Positions 51,380-64,000 of a stretch of DNA of 64,000 nt are shown here, piece by piece. Below the pieces are notes generated by a model. It worked only from the letters and a program-made list of their open reading frames with translations. It was not told the DNA's origin and did no database searches. Position numbers and translations under genes: made by a program. Numbering within the stretch: the stretch's first letter is position 1; each line of letters starts with the position of its first letter. Source of the DNA: Antedon mediterranea (Eukaryota; Animalia; Echinodermata); contig NC_092679.1 of NCBI RefSeq assembly GCF_964355755.1, positions 8,834,201 through 8,898,200 on the forward strand. The letters are read 5' to 3'.

Positions 51380-54300
51380 ATTTGAAGCTATTCTGTACAC
51401 TTTGATGTTTTTATGTTAACAAGTTTTTCGAAAATCACAAAATGGTCTAAAACGTCTCCAAATGCGATTTTAAGCTATTCTAAGCACTTTGGTGTTTTTA
51501 TGTTAACAAGTTTTTTGAAAATCACAAAATGGTCTAAAACGTCTCCAAATGCGATTTGAAGCTATTCTGTACACTTTGATGTTTTTATGTTAACAAGTTT
51601 TTTCGAAAATCACAAAATGGTCTAAAACGTCTACAAATGCGATTTGAAGCTATTCTAAGCACTTTTGTGTTTTTATGTTAACAAGTTTTTTCGAAAATCA
51701 CAAAATGGTCTAAAACGTCTGCAAATGCGATTTGAAGCTATTCTTAGCACATTGGTGTTTTTATTTAAACAAATTTTTTCGAAACTCACAAAATGGTCTA
51801 AAACGTCTCCAAATGCGATTTGAAGCTATTTTAAGCACTTTGGTGTTTTTGTGTTAACAAGTTTTTCGAAATGCTCAAAATGGTCTAAAACGTTTTTAAA
51901 CACGATATTAAGCTATTTTGTGCTCTTTGATGTTCTTTTGTGAAAAGTTTTAGCGAAATGCTCAAAATGGTCTAAAACGATTTCTAATGTGATTTTAAGC
52001 ACTTTGATGTTTTTATGTTAACTAGTTTTTTCGAAAATCACAAAATGGTCTAAAACGTCTCCAAATGTAATTTGAAGCTATTCTAAGCACTTTGGTGTTT
52101 TTATGTTAACAGTTTTTTCGAAAATCACAAAATGGTCTAAAACGTTTCCAAATGCGATTTGAAGCTATTCTGTACACTTTGATGCTTTTATGGTAACAAT
52201 TTTTTTAGAAAATCACAAAATGGTCTAAAACATCTCCAAATGCGATTTAAAGCTATTTTAAGCACTTTTGTGTTTTTGTGTAACCAAGTTTTTTCGAAAA
52301 TCACAAAAGGGTCTAAAATGTCTCTAAATGCGATTTGAAGCTACTCTAAGCACTTTGGTGTTTTTATGTTAACAAGTTTTTTCGAAAATCACAAAATGGT
52401 CTAAAATGTCTCCAAATGCGATTTGAAGCTATTCTGTACACTTTGCTGTTTTGTGTGAAAAATGTTTGTCGAAATCCTCAAAATGGTCAAAAACGTTTTT
52501 AAATACGATATTAAGCTATTTTTTGCTCTTTGATGTTTTTGTGTGAAAAGTTTTATCGAAATACTCAAAATGGTCTAAAACGGTTTCTAATGTGATTTTA
52601 AGCACTTTGATGTTTTTGTGTAACCAAGTTTTTTCGAAAATCACAAAATGGTCTAAAATGTCTCCAAATGCGATTTGAAGCTATTCTAAGCACTTTGGTG
52701 TTTTTATGGAAACAATTTTTTTCGAAAATCACAAAATGGTCTAAAACGTCTCCAATAGCAATTTGAAGCTTTTCTGTACACTTTGGTGTTTTTATGTCAA
52801 CAAGTTTTTTCGAAAATCACAAAATGGTCTAAAACGTCTCCAAATGCGATTTGAAGCTATTCTGTACACTTTGATGTTTTTATGTTAACTAGTTTTTTCG
52901 AAAATCACAAAATGGTCTAAAACGTCTACAAATGCGATTTGAAGCTATTCTGTACACTTTGATGTTTTTATGTTAACAAGTCTTTTCGAAAATCACAAAA
53001 TGGTCTAAAACGTTTCCAAATGCGATTTGAAGCTATTCTGTACACTTTGATGTTTTGTGTGAAAATTTTCTGTCGAGATGCTCAAAATGGTTAAAAACGT
53101 TTTTAAATACGATATTAAGCTACTTTGGACTCTTTGATGTTTTTGTGTGAAATGTTTTTTCGAAATGCTCAAAATGGTCTAAAATGGTTTCTAATGTGAT
53201 TTCAAGCAATTTGATGTTTTTGTATAACCAAGTTTTTCGAAAATCACAAAATTGTCTAAAACGTCTCCAAATGCGATTTGAAGCTATTCTGTACACTTTG
53301 ATGTTTTTATGTTAACAAGTTTTTCGAAAATCACAAAATGGTCTAAAACGTCTCCAAATGCGATTTTAAGCTATTCTAAGCACTTTGGTGTTTTTATGTT
53401 AACAAGTTTTTTGAAAATCACAAAATGGTCTAAAACGTCTCCAAATGCGATTTGAAGCTATTCTGTACACTTTAATGTTTTTATGTTAACAAGTTTTTTC
53501 GAAAATCACAAAATGGTCTAAAACGTCTACAAATGCGATTTGAAGCTATTCTAAGCACTTTTGTGTTTTTATGTTAACAAGTTTTTTCGAAAATCACAAA
53601 ATGGTCTAAAACGTCTGCAAATGCGATTTGAAGCTATTCTTAGCACATTGGTGTTTTTATTTAAACAAATTTTTTCGAAACTCACAAAATGGTCTAAAAC
53701 GTCTCCAAATGCGATTTGAAGCTATTTTAAGCACTTTGGTGTTTTTGTGTTAACAAGTTTTTCGAAATGCTCAAAATGGTCTAAAACGTTTTTAAACACG
53801 ATATTAAGCTATTTTGTGCTCTTTGATGTTCTTTTGTGAAAAGTTTTAGCGAAATGCTCAAAATGGTCTAAAACGATTTCTAATGTGATTTTAAGCACTT
53901 TGATGTTTTTATGTTAACTAGTTTTTTCGAAAATCACAAAATGGTCTAAAACGTCTCCAAATGTAATTTGAAGCTATTCTAAGCACTTTGGTGTTTTTAT
54001 GTTAACAGTTTTTTCGAAAATCACAAAATGGTCTAAAACGTTTCCAAATGCGATTTGAAGCTATTCTGTACACTTTGATGCTTTTATGGTAACAATTTTT
54101 TTAGAAAATCACAAAATGGTCTAAAACATCTCCAAATGCGATTTAAAGCTATTTTAAGCACTTTTGTGTTTTTGTGTAACCAAGTTTTTTCGAAAATCAC
54201 AAAAGGGTCTAAAATGTCTCTAAATGCGATTTGAAGCTACTCTAAGCACTTTGGTGTTTTTATGTTAACAAGTTTTTTCGAAAATCACAAAATGGTCTAA

Positions 54301-55950
54301 AATGTCTCCAAATGCGATTTGAAGCTATTCTGTACACTTTGCTGTTTTGTGTGAAAAATGTTTGTCGAAATCCTCAAAATGGTCAAAAACGTTTTTAAAT
54401 ACGATATTAAGCTATTTTTTGCTCTTTGATGTTTTTGTGTGAAAAGTTTTATCGAAATACTCAAAATGGTCTAAAACGGTTTCTAATGTGATTTTAAGCA
54501 CTTTGATGTTTTTGTGTAACCAAGTTTTTTCGAAAATCACAAAATGGTCTAAAATGTCTCCAAATGCGATTTGAAGCTATTCTAAGCACTTTGGTGTTTT
54601 TATGGAAACAATTTTTTTCGAAAATCACAAAATGGTCTAAAACGTCTCCAATAGCAATTTGAAGCTTTTCTGTACACTTTGGTGTTTTTATGTTAACAAG
54701 TTTTTTCGAAAATCACAAAATGGTCTAAAACGTCTCCAAATGCGATTTGAAGCTATTCTGTACACTTTAATGTTTTTATGTTAACTAGTTTTTTCGAAAA
54801 TCACAAAATGGTCTAAAACGTCTACAAATGCGATTTGAAGCTATTCTGTACACTTTGATGTTTTTATGTTAACAAGTCTTTTCGAAAATCACAAAATGGT
54901 CTAAAACGTTTCCAAATGCGATTTGAAGCTATTCTGTACACTTTGATGTTTTGTGTGAAAATTTTCTGTCGAGATGCTCAAAATGGTTAAAAACGTTTTT
55001 AAATACGATATTAAGCTACTTTGGACTCTTTGATGTTTTTGTGTGAAATGTTTTATCGAAATGCTCAAAATGGTCTAAAATGGTTTCTAATGTGATTTCA
55101 AGCAATTTGATGTTTTTGTATAACCAAGTTTTTCGAAAATCACAAAATTGTCTAAAACGTCTCCAAATGCGATTTGAAGCTATTCTGTACACTTTGATGT
55201 TTTTATGTTAACAAGTTTTTCGAAAATCACAAAATGGTCTAAAACGTCTCCAAATGCGATTTTAAGCTATTCTAAGCACTTTGGTGTTTTTATGTTAACA
55301 AGTTTTTTGAAAATCACAAAATGGTCTAAAACGTCTCCAAATGCGATTTGAAGCTATTCTGTACACTTTGATGTTTTTATGTTAACAAGTTTTTTCGAAA
55401 ATCACAAAATGGTCTAAAACGTCTACAAATGCGATTTGAAGCTATTCTAAGCACTTTTGTGTTTTTATGTTAACAAGTTTTTTCGAAAATCACAAAATGG
55501 TCTAAAACGTCTGCAAATGCGATTTGAAGCTATTCTTAGCACATTGGTGTTTTTATTTAAACAAATTTTTTCGAAACTCACAAAATGGTCTAAAACGTCT
55601 CCAAATGCGATTTGAAGCTATTTTAAGCACTTTGGTGTTTTTGTGTTAACAAGTTTTTCGAAATGCTCAAAATGGTCTAAAACGTTTTTAAACACGATAT
55701 TAAGCTATTTTGTGCTCTTTGATGTTCTTTTGTGAAAAGTTTTAGCGAAATGCTCAAAATGGTCTAAAACGATTTCTAATGTGATTTTAAGCACTTTGAT
55801 GTTTTTATGTTAACTAGTTTTTTCGAAAATCACAAAATGGTCTAAAACGTCTCCAAATGTAATTTGAAGCTATTCTAAGCACTTTGGTGTTTTTATGTTA
55901 ACAGTTTTTTCGAAAATCACAAAATGGTCTAAAACGTTTCCAAATGCGAT
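51380..55950 (+). repeat. Higher-order repeat, period 1896 bp (22 monomers), ~2.4 units (boundaries approximate)
   Basis: Private variant TGTTCTTTTG at 51931, 53827 and 55723. GTCGAGATG, GGTTAAAAA and TTTGGACTC each occur twice at about the same spacing. Confidence 0.88.
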
Positions 55951-58900
55951 TTAAAGCTATTTTAAGCACTTTTGTGTTTTTGTGTAACCAAGTTTTTTCG
56001 AAAATCACAAAAGGGTCTAAAATGTCTCTAAATGCGATTTGAAGCTATTCTGTACACTTTGATGTTTTTATGTTAACAACTTTTTTCGAAAATCACAAAA
56101 TGGTCTAAAATGTCTCCAAATGCGATTTGAAGCTATTCTAAGCACTTTGGTGTTTTTATGGAAACAATTTTTTTCGAAAATCACAAAATGGTCTAAAACG
56201 TCTCCAATAGCGATTTGAAGCTTTCTGTACACTTTGGTGTTTTTATGTTAACAAGTTTTTTCGAAAATCACAAAATGGTCTAAAACGTCTACAAATGCGA
56301 TTTGAAGCTATTCTAAGCACTTTTGTGTTTTTATGTTAACAAGTTTTTTCGAAAATCACAAAATGGTCTAAAACGTCTGCAAATGCGATTTGAAGCTATT
56401 CTTAGCACATTGGTGATTTTATTTAAACAAATTTTTTCGAAACTCACAAAATGGTCTAAAACGTCTCCAAATGCGATTGCAAGCTATTTTAAGCACTTTG
56501 GTATTTTTGTGTTAACAAGTTTTTCGAAATGCTCAAAATGGTCTAAAACGTTTTTAAACACGATATTAAGCTATTTTGTGCTCTTTGATTTTTTTTTGTG
56601 AAAAGTTTTAGCGAAATGCTCAAAATGGTCTAAAACGATTTCTAATGTGATTTTAAGGACTTTGATGTTTTTATGTTAACTAGTTTTTTCGAAAATCACA
56701 AAATGGTCTAAAACGTCTCCAAATGCGATTTGAAGCTATTTTAAGCACTTAGGTGCTTTTGTGTAACCAAGTTTTTTCGAAAATCACAAAAAGGTCTAAA
56801 ATGTCTCCAAATGTGATTTGAAGCTATTTTAAGCACTTTGGTGTTTTTGTGTTAACAAGTTTTTCGAAAATCACAAAATTGTCTAAAACGTCTCCAAATG
56901 CGATTTGAAGCTATTCTGTAAACTTTGATGTTTTTATGTTAACAAGTATTTTAGAAAATCACAAAATGGTCTATAATGTCTCTAAATGCGATTTGAAGCT
57001 ATTCTAAGCACTTTGGTGTTTTTATGTTAACAAGTTTTTTTCGAAAATCACAAAATGGTCTAAAACGTCTCCAAATGCGATTTGAAGCTATTTTAAGCAC
57101 TTTGGTGTTTTTGTGTTAACAAGTTTTTCGAAATGCTCAAAATGGTCTAAAACGTCTCCAAATGCGATTTGAAGCTATTCTAAGCACTTTGGTGTTTTTA
57201 TGTTAACAAGTTTTTTCGAAAATCACAAAATGGTATAAAACGTCTCCAAATGCGATTTGAAGCTATTCTAAGCACTTTGGTGTTTTTATGTTAACAAGTT
57301 TTTTCGAAAATCACAAAATGGTCTAAAACGTTTCCAAATGCGATTTGAAGCTATTCTGTACACTTTGATGTTTTGTGTGAAAATTTTCTTTCGAAATGCT
57401 CAAAATGGTCAAAAACGTTTTTAAATACGATATTAAGCTACTTTGTGCTCTTTGATGTTTTTGTGTGAAATGTTTTATCGAAATGCTCAAAATGGTCTAA
57501 AACGGTTTCTAATGTGATTTCAAGCACTTTGATGTTTTTGTGTAACCAAGTTTTTCGAAAATCACAAAATTGTCTAAAACGTCTCCAAATGCGATTTGAA
57601 GCTATTCTGTACACTTTGATGTTTTTATGTTAACAAGTTTTTCGAAAATCACAAAATGGTCTAAAACGTCTCCAAATGCGATTTTAAGCTATTCTAAGCA
57701 CTTTGGTGTTTTTATGTTAACAAGTTTTTTTGAAAATCACAAAATGGTCTAAAACGTCTCTAAATGCGATTTGAAGCTTTTCTGTACACTTTGATGTTTT
57801 TATGTTAACAACTTTTTTCGAAAATCACAAAATGGTCTAAAATGTCTCCAAATTTTCTGTCGAAATCCTCAAAATGGTCAAAAACGTTTTTAAATACGAT
57901 ATTAAGCTATTTTGTGCTCTTTGATGTTTTTGTGCGAAAAGTTTTATCGAAATACTCAAAATGGTCTAAAACGGATTCTAATGTGATTTTAAGCACTTTG
58001 ATGTTTTTGTGTAACCAAGTTTTTTCGAAAATCACAAAATGGTCTAAAATGTCTCCAAATGCGATTTGAAGCTATTCTAAGCACTTTGGTGTTTTTATGG
58101 AAACAATTTTTTTCTAAAATCACAAAATGGTCTAAAACGTCTCCAATAGCAATTTGAAGCTTTTCTGTACACTTTGGTGTTTTTATGTTAACAAGTTTTT
58201 TCGAAAATCACAAAATGGTCTAAAACGTCTCCAAATGCGATTTGAAGCTATTCTGTACACTTTGATGTTTTTATGTTAACAAGTTTTTTATAAAATCACA
58301 AAATGGTCTAAAACGTCTCCAAATGCGATTTGAAGCTATTCTGTACACTTTGATGTTTTTATGTTAACAAGTTTTTTCGAAAATCACAAAAGGGTCTAAA
58401 ATGTCTCGAAATGCGATTTGAAGCTATTCTAAGCACTTTGGTGTTTTTATGTTAACAAGTTTTTTCGAAAATCACAAAATGGTCTAAAACGTCTCCAAAT
58501 GCGATTTGAAGCTATTCTAAGCACTTTGGTGTTTTTATGTTAACAAGTTTTTTCGAAAATCACAAAATGGTCTAAAACGTCTCCAAATGCGATTTGAAGC
58601 TATTTTAAGCACTTTGGTGCTTTTGTGTAACCAAGTTTTTTCGAAAATCACGAAATGGTCTAAAACGTCTCCAAATGCGATTTGAAGCTATTCTAAGCAC
58701 TTTGGTGTTTTTATGTTAACAAGTTTTTTCGAAAATCACAAAATGGTCTAAAACGTCTCCAAATGCGATTTGAAGCTATTCTGTACACTTTGATGTTTTT
58801 ATGTTAACAAATTTTTTCAAAAATCACCAAATGGTCTAAAACGTCTACAAATGCGATTTGAAGCTATTCTGTACACTTTGATGTTTTTATGTTAACAAGT

Positions 58901-61900
58901 TTTTCGAAATGCTCAAAATGGTCTAAAACGTCTCCAAATGCGATTTGAAGCTATTCTAAGCACTTTGGTGTTTTTATGGAAACAATTTTTTTCGAAAATC
59001 ACAAAATGGTCTAAAACGTCTCCAATAGCGATTTGAAGCTTTTCTGTACACTTTGGTGTTTTTATGTTAACAAGTTTTTTCGAAAATCACAAAATGGTCT
59101 AAAACGTCTCCAAATGCGATTTGAAGCTATTCTGTACACTTTGATGTTTTTATGTTAACAAGTTTTTTCGAAAATCACAAAATGGTCTAAAACGTCTAGA
59201 AATGCGATTTGAAGCTATTCTGTACACTTTGATGTTTTTATGTTAAGTTTTTTTGAAAATCACAAAATGGTCTAAAACGTTTCCAAATGCGATTTGAAGC
59301 TATTCTCTACACTTTGATGTTTTGTGTGAAAATTTTCTTTCGAAATGCTCAAAATGGTCAAAAACGTTTTTAAATACGATATTAAGCTACTTTGTGCTCT
59401 TTGATGTTTTTGTCTGAAATGTTTTATCGAAATGCTCAAAATGGTCTAAAACGGTTTCTAATGTGATTTCAAGCACTTTGATGTTTTTGTGTTACCAAGT
59501 TTTTCGAAAAACACAAAATTGTCTAAAACGTCTCCAAATGCGATTTGAAGCTATTCTGTACACTTTGATGTTTTTATGTTAACAAGTTTTTCTAAAATCA
59601 CAAAATGGTCTAAAACGTCTCCAAATGCGATTTTAAGCTATTCTAAGCACTTTGGTGTTTTTATGTTAACAAGTTTTTTTGAAAATCACAAAATGGTCTA
59701 AAACGTCTTTAAATGCGATATGAAGCTTTTCTAAGCACTTTGGTGTTTTTATGGAAACAATTTTTTTCGAAAATCACAAAATGGTCTAAAACGTCTCCAA
59801 ATGTGATTTGAAGCTATTCTGTACACTTTGATGTTTTTATGCTAACAAGTTTTTTCGAAAATCACAAAATGGTCTAAAACGTCTACAAATGCGATTTGAA
59901 GCTAATCTGTACACTTTGATGTTTTTATGTTAACAAGTTTTTTCGAAAATCACAAAATGGTCTAAAACGTTTCCAAATGCGATTTGAAGCTATTCTGTAC
60001 ACTTTGATGTTTTGTGTGAAAATTTTCTGTCGAAATGCTCAAAATGGTCAAAAACGTTTTTAAATACGATATTAAGCTACTTTGTGCTCTTTGATGTTTT
60101 TGTGTGAAATGTTTTATCGAAATGCTCAAAATGGTCTAAAACGGTTTCTAATGTGATTTCAAGCACTTTGATGTTTTTGTGTAACCAAGTTTTTCAAAAA
60201 TCACAAAATTGTCTAAAACGTCTCCAAATGCGATTTGAAGCTATTCTGTACACTTTGGTGTTTTTATGTTAACAAGTTTTTTCGAAAATCACAAAATGGT
60301 CTAAAACGTCTCCAAATGCGATTTAAAGCTATTTTAAGCACTTTTGTGTTTTTGTGTAACCAAGTTTTTTCGAAAATCACAAAATGGTCTAAAACGTCTC
60401 CAAATGCGATTTGAAGCTATTCTAAGCACTTTGGTGTTTTTATGTTAACAAGTTTTTTGGAAAATCACAAAATGGTATAAAACGTCTCCAAATGCGATTT
60501 GAAGCTATTCTAAGCACTTTGGTGTTTTTATGTTAACAAGTTTTTTCGAAAATCACAAAATGGTCTAAAACGTCTCCAAATGCGATTTAAAGCTATTTTA
60601 AGCACTTTGGTGTTTTTGTGTTAACAAGTTTTTCGAAATGCACAAAATGGTCTAAAACGTCTCCAAATGCGATTTGAAGCTATTCTAAGCACTTTGGTGT
60701 TTTTATGTTAACAAGTTTTTTCGAAAATCACAAAATGGTCTAAAACGTCTCCAAATGCGATTTGAAGCTATTCTGTACACTTTGATGTTTTTATGTTAAC
60801 AAGTTTTTTCGAAAATCACAAAATGGTCTAAAACGTCTACAAATGCGATTTGAAGCTATTCTAAGCACTTTTGTGTTTTTATTTAAACAAATTTTTTCGA
60901 AACTCACAAAATGGTCTAAAACGTCTCCAAAGGCGATTTGAAGCTATTTTAAGTACTTTGGTATTTTTGTGTTACCAAGTTTTTCGAAATTCTCAAAATG
61001 GTCTAAAACGTTTTTAAACACGATATTAAGCTATTTTGTGCTCTTTGATGTTTTTTTGTGAAAAGTTTTAGCGAAATGCTCAGAATGGTCTAAAACGATT
61101 TCTAATGTGGTTTTAAGGACTTTGATGTTTTTATGTTAACTAGTTTTTTCGAAAATCACAAAATGGTCTAAAACGTCTCCAAATGCGATTTGAAGCTATC
61201 TTAAGCACTTAGGTGCTTTTGTGTAACTCAGTTTTTTCGAAAATCATAAAAAGGTCTAAAATGTCTCCAAATGTGATTTGAAGCTATTTTAAGCACTTTG
61301 GTGTTTTTGTGTTAACAAGTTTTTCGAAAATCACAAAATTGTCTAAAACGTCTCCAAATGCGATTTGAAGCTATTCTGTACACTTTGATGTTTTTATGTT
61401 AACAAGTTTTTTAGAAAATCACAAAATGGTCTAAAATGTCTCCAAATGCGATTTGAAGCTATTCTAAGCACTTTGGTGTTTTTATGTTAACAAGTTTTTT
61501 GGAAAATCACAAAATGGTATAAAACGTCTCCAAATGCGATTTGAAGCTATTCTAAGCACTTTGGTGTTTTTATGTTAACAAGTTTTTTCAAAAATCACAA
61601 AACGGTCTAAAACGTCTCCAAATGCGATTTGAAGCTATTCTGTACACTTTGATGTTTTTATGTTAACAAGTTTTTTCAAAAAACACAAAATGGTCTAAAA
61701 CGTTTCCAAATGCGATTTGAAGCTATTCTGTACACTTTGATGTTTTGTGTGAAAATTTTCTGTCGAAATGTTCAAAATGGTCAAAAACGTTTTTAAATAC
61801 GATATTAAGCTACTTTGTGCTCTTTGATGTTTTTGTGTGAAAAGTTTTATCGAAATGCTCAAAATGGTCTAAAACGGTTTCTAATGTGATTTCAAGCACT

Positions 61901-63273
61901 TTGATGTTTTTGTGTAACCAAGTTTTTCGAAAATCACAAAATTGTCTAAAACGTCTCCAAATGCGATTTGAAGCTATTCTGTACACTTTGATGTTTTTAT
62001 GTTAACAAGTTTTTTCGAAAATCACAAAAGAGTCTAAAATATCTCGAAATGCGATTTGAAGCTATTCTAAGCACTTTGGTGTTTTTATGTTAACAAGTTT
62101 TTTCGAAATCACAAAATGGTCTAAAATGTCTCCAAATGCGATTTGAAGCTAATCTTAGCACATTGGTGTTTTTATGTTAACAAGTTTTTTCGAAAATCAC
62201 AAAATGGTCTAAAACGACTCCAAATGCGATTTGAAGCTATTCTGTATACTTTGGTGTTTTTATGTTAACAAGTTTTTTCGAAAATCACAAAATGGTCTAA
62301 AACGTCTCCAAATGCGATTTGAAGCTATTCTAAGCACTTTGGTGTTTCTATGTTAACAAGTTTTTTAGAAAATCACAAAATGGTCTAAAACGTCTCCAAA
62401 TGCGATTTGAAGCTATTCTGTACACTTTGATGTTTTGTGTGAAAATTTTCTGTCGAAATGCTCAAAATGGTCAAAAACGTTTTTAAATACGATATTAAGC
62501 TACTTTGTGCTCTTTGATGTTTTTGTGTGAAATGTTTTATCGAAATGCTCAAAATGGTCTAAAATGGTTTCTAATGTGATTTCAAGCACTTTGATGTTTT
62601 TGTATAACCAAGTTTTTCGAAAATCACAAAATTGTCTAAAACGTCTCCAAATGCGATTTGAAGCTATTCTGTACACTTTGATGTTTTTATGTTAACAAGT
62701 TTTTCGAAAATCACAAAATGGTCTAAAACGTCTCCAAATGCGATTTTAAGCTATTCTAAGCACTTTGGTGTTTTTATGTTAACAAGTTTTTCGAAAATCA
62801 CAAAATGGTCTAAAACGTCTCCAAATGCGATTTGAAGCTATTCTGTACACTTTGATGTTTTTATGTTAACAAGTTTTTTCGAAAATCAAAAATGGTCTAA
62901 AACGTCTACAAATGCGATTTGAAGCTATTCTAAGCACTTTTGTGTTTTTATGTTAACAAGTTTTTTCGAAAATCACAAAATGGTCTAAAACGTCTGCAAA
63001 TGCGATTTGAAGCTATTCTTAGCACATTGGTGTTTTTATTTAAACAAATTTTTTCGAAACTCACAAAATGGTCTAAAACGTCTCCAAATGCGATTTGAAG
63101 CTATTTTAAGCACTTTGGTGTTTTTGTGTTAACAAGTTTTTCGAAATGCTCAAAATGGTCTAAAACGTTTTTAAACACGATATTAAGCTATTTTGTGCTC
63201 TTTGATGTTTTTTTGTGAAAAGTTTTAGCGAAATGCTCAAAATGGTGTAAAACGATTTCTAATGTGATTTTAA

Positions 63274-63899
63274 AGACCCCTTCCCTGCAATTTTGGACGT
63301 TTTTTGGAAAATAATACATATATATCACTTTAAAAACATTAAACCATGTCATTCCTTGTCTTAAATGTACGTTTTATGGTAAATTATGATAAAAAGTGAG
63401 AAACAATGCACTACCTAAGTAGCTCGCGGCGATCGACCTCTCGTGGACGGTCTTAGGCCTAGCCTAGCTAGGCTTAGTTTTGTAGGCCTAGCTGGTAAAC
63501 ATCGATAACGTACGAACATCGTACGCTAGCTATATACCTAGCCTGACGTTGTATAGTTGCTGCATTAATTGTCTTTCTATTTTTGCCAGACTCCGTTGAT
63601 ACAAATTGGGGAAAACCCGGTATTTTCGCTGAAAAGTTAGGAGTCTTCCATTTGTTTTGGCTTCACGATCGATCGAAAAGTGGGCGAATTACAGGTGAAA
63701 AACAAAAATATCAATCCGCGCGCAATGCATTTTGGGATTTATAGCGGGCCGCTATAATTATTAGAATCGATTTATTTTTCACATTTTTAACCGTTTAAAG
63801 ACGAAAAAAGTTATCGCAATATGACCATATAGTATTATTTTTACATTAAATATAGTTTGTGATCTTAAATTAGATCTAAAAAACGTAGGGAATGGGGCT
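63274..63899. mobile_element. Kolobok-type non-autonomous element, copy 6, 626 bp
   Basis: TTAA at 63270-63273 and 63900-63903; appears identical to copy 2. Confidence 0.9.
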
Positions 63900-64000
63900 T
63901 TAAGCACTTTGATGTTTTTATGTTAACTAGTTTTTTCGAAAATCACAAAATGGTCTAAAACGTCTCCAAATGTAATTTGAAGCTATTCTAAGCACTTGGG

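Larger units (their letters stand above)
1..64000 (+). repeat. 88-bp AT-rich tandem satellite array (centromeric/pericentromeric-like), interrupted only by six copies of a 626-bp element
   Basis: The motif TTAACAAG-T5/6-CGAAAATCACAAAATGGTCTAAAACGTCTCCAAATGCGATTTGAAGCTATTC recurs at 87-88 bp spacing (e.g. 13201 and 13289) across the whole window in one orientation. The array runs off both window ends. The chromosomal location is an inference. Confidence 0.99.

Noticed and set aside
57842-58069. 75-aa ORF
   Set aside because: Produced by a deletion junction within satellite, with no recognisable domain.
6791-63903. Six independent site-specific insertions
   Set aside because: Private flanking SNPs shared by all copies, and exact offsets matching satellite duplications, are explained more simply by one insertion followed by duplication.
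1-64000. CRISPR array interpretation
   Set aside because: The sequence between conserved motifs is itself repeated, so there are no unique spacers, and there are no cas genes.

Overview
This window is eukaryotic-type heterochromatic DNA with no credible genes. About 94% of it is one AT-rich, head-to-tail satellite array with an 88-bp consensus monomer (TGTTTTTATGTTAACAAGTTTTTTCGAAAATCACAAAATGGTCTAAAACGTCTCCAAATGCGATTTGAAGCTATTCTGTACACTTTGA), roughly 690 monomers, all in one orientation. A divergent 87+77-bp monomer pair recurs through the array, and the monomers are organised into irregular higher-order duplications with periods of 1.3, 1.9, 2.6 and 3.4 kb plus long-range copies. The only non-satellite sequence is six near-identical copies of a 626/627-bp non-coding element. 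It has imperfect ~21-bp terminal inverted repeats, 5'-AG...CT-3' ends and a TTAA target-site duplication, which is the signature of a non-autonomous Kolobok-superfamily DNA transposon, possibly a solo terminal repeat of the KolobokP type. All six copies sit in the same TTAA of the same monomer variant with shared flanking SNPs, so they probably come from one insertion amplified along with the satellite. The element carries a strong ZNF143/Staf-like promoter motif and a cluster of palindromes. The five listed ORFs are chance translations of satellite. All coordinates and periods were counted by hand, and duplication end points are approximate.
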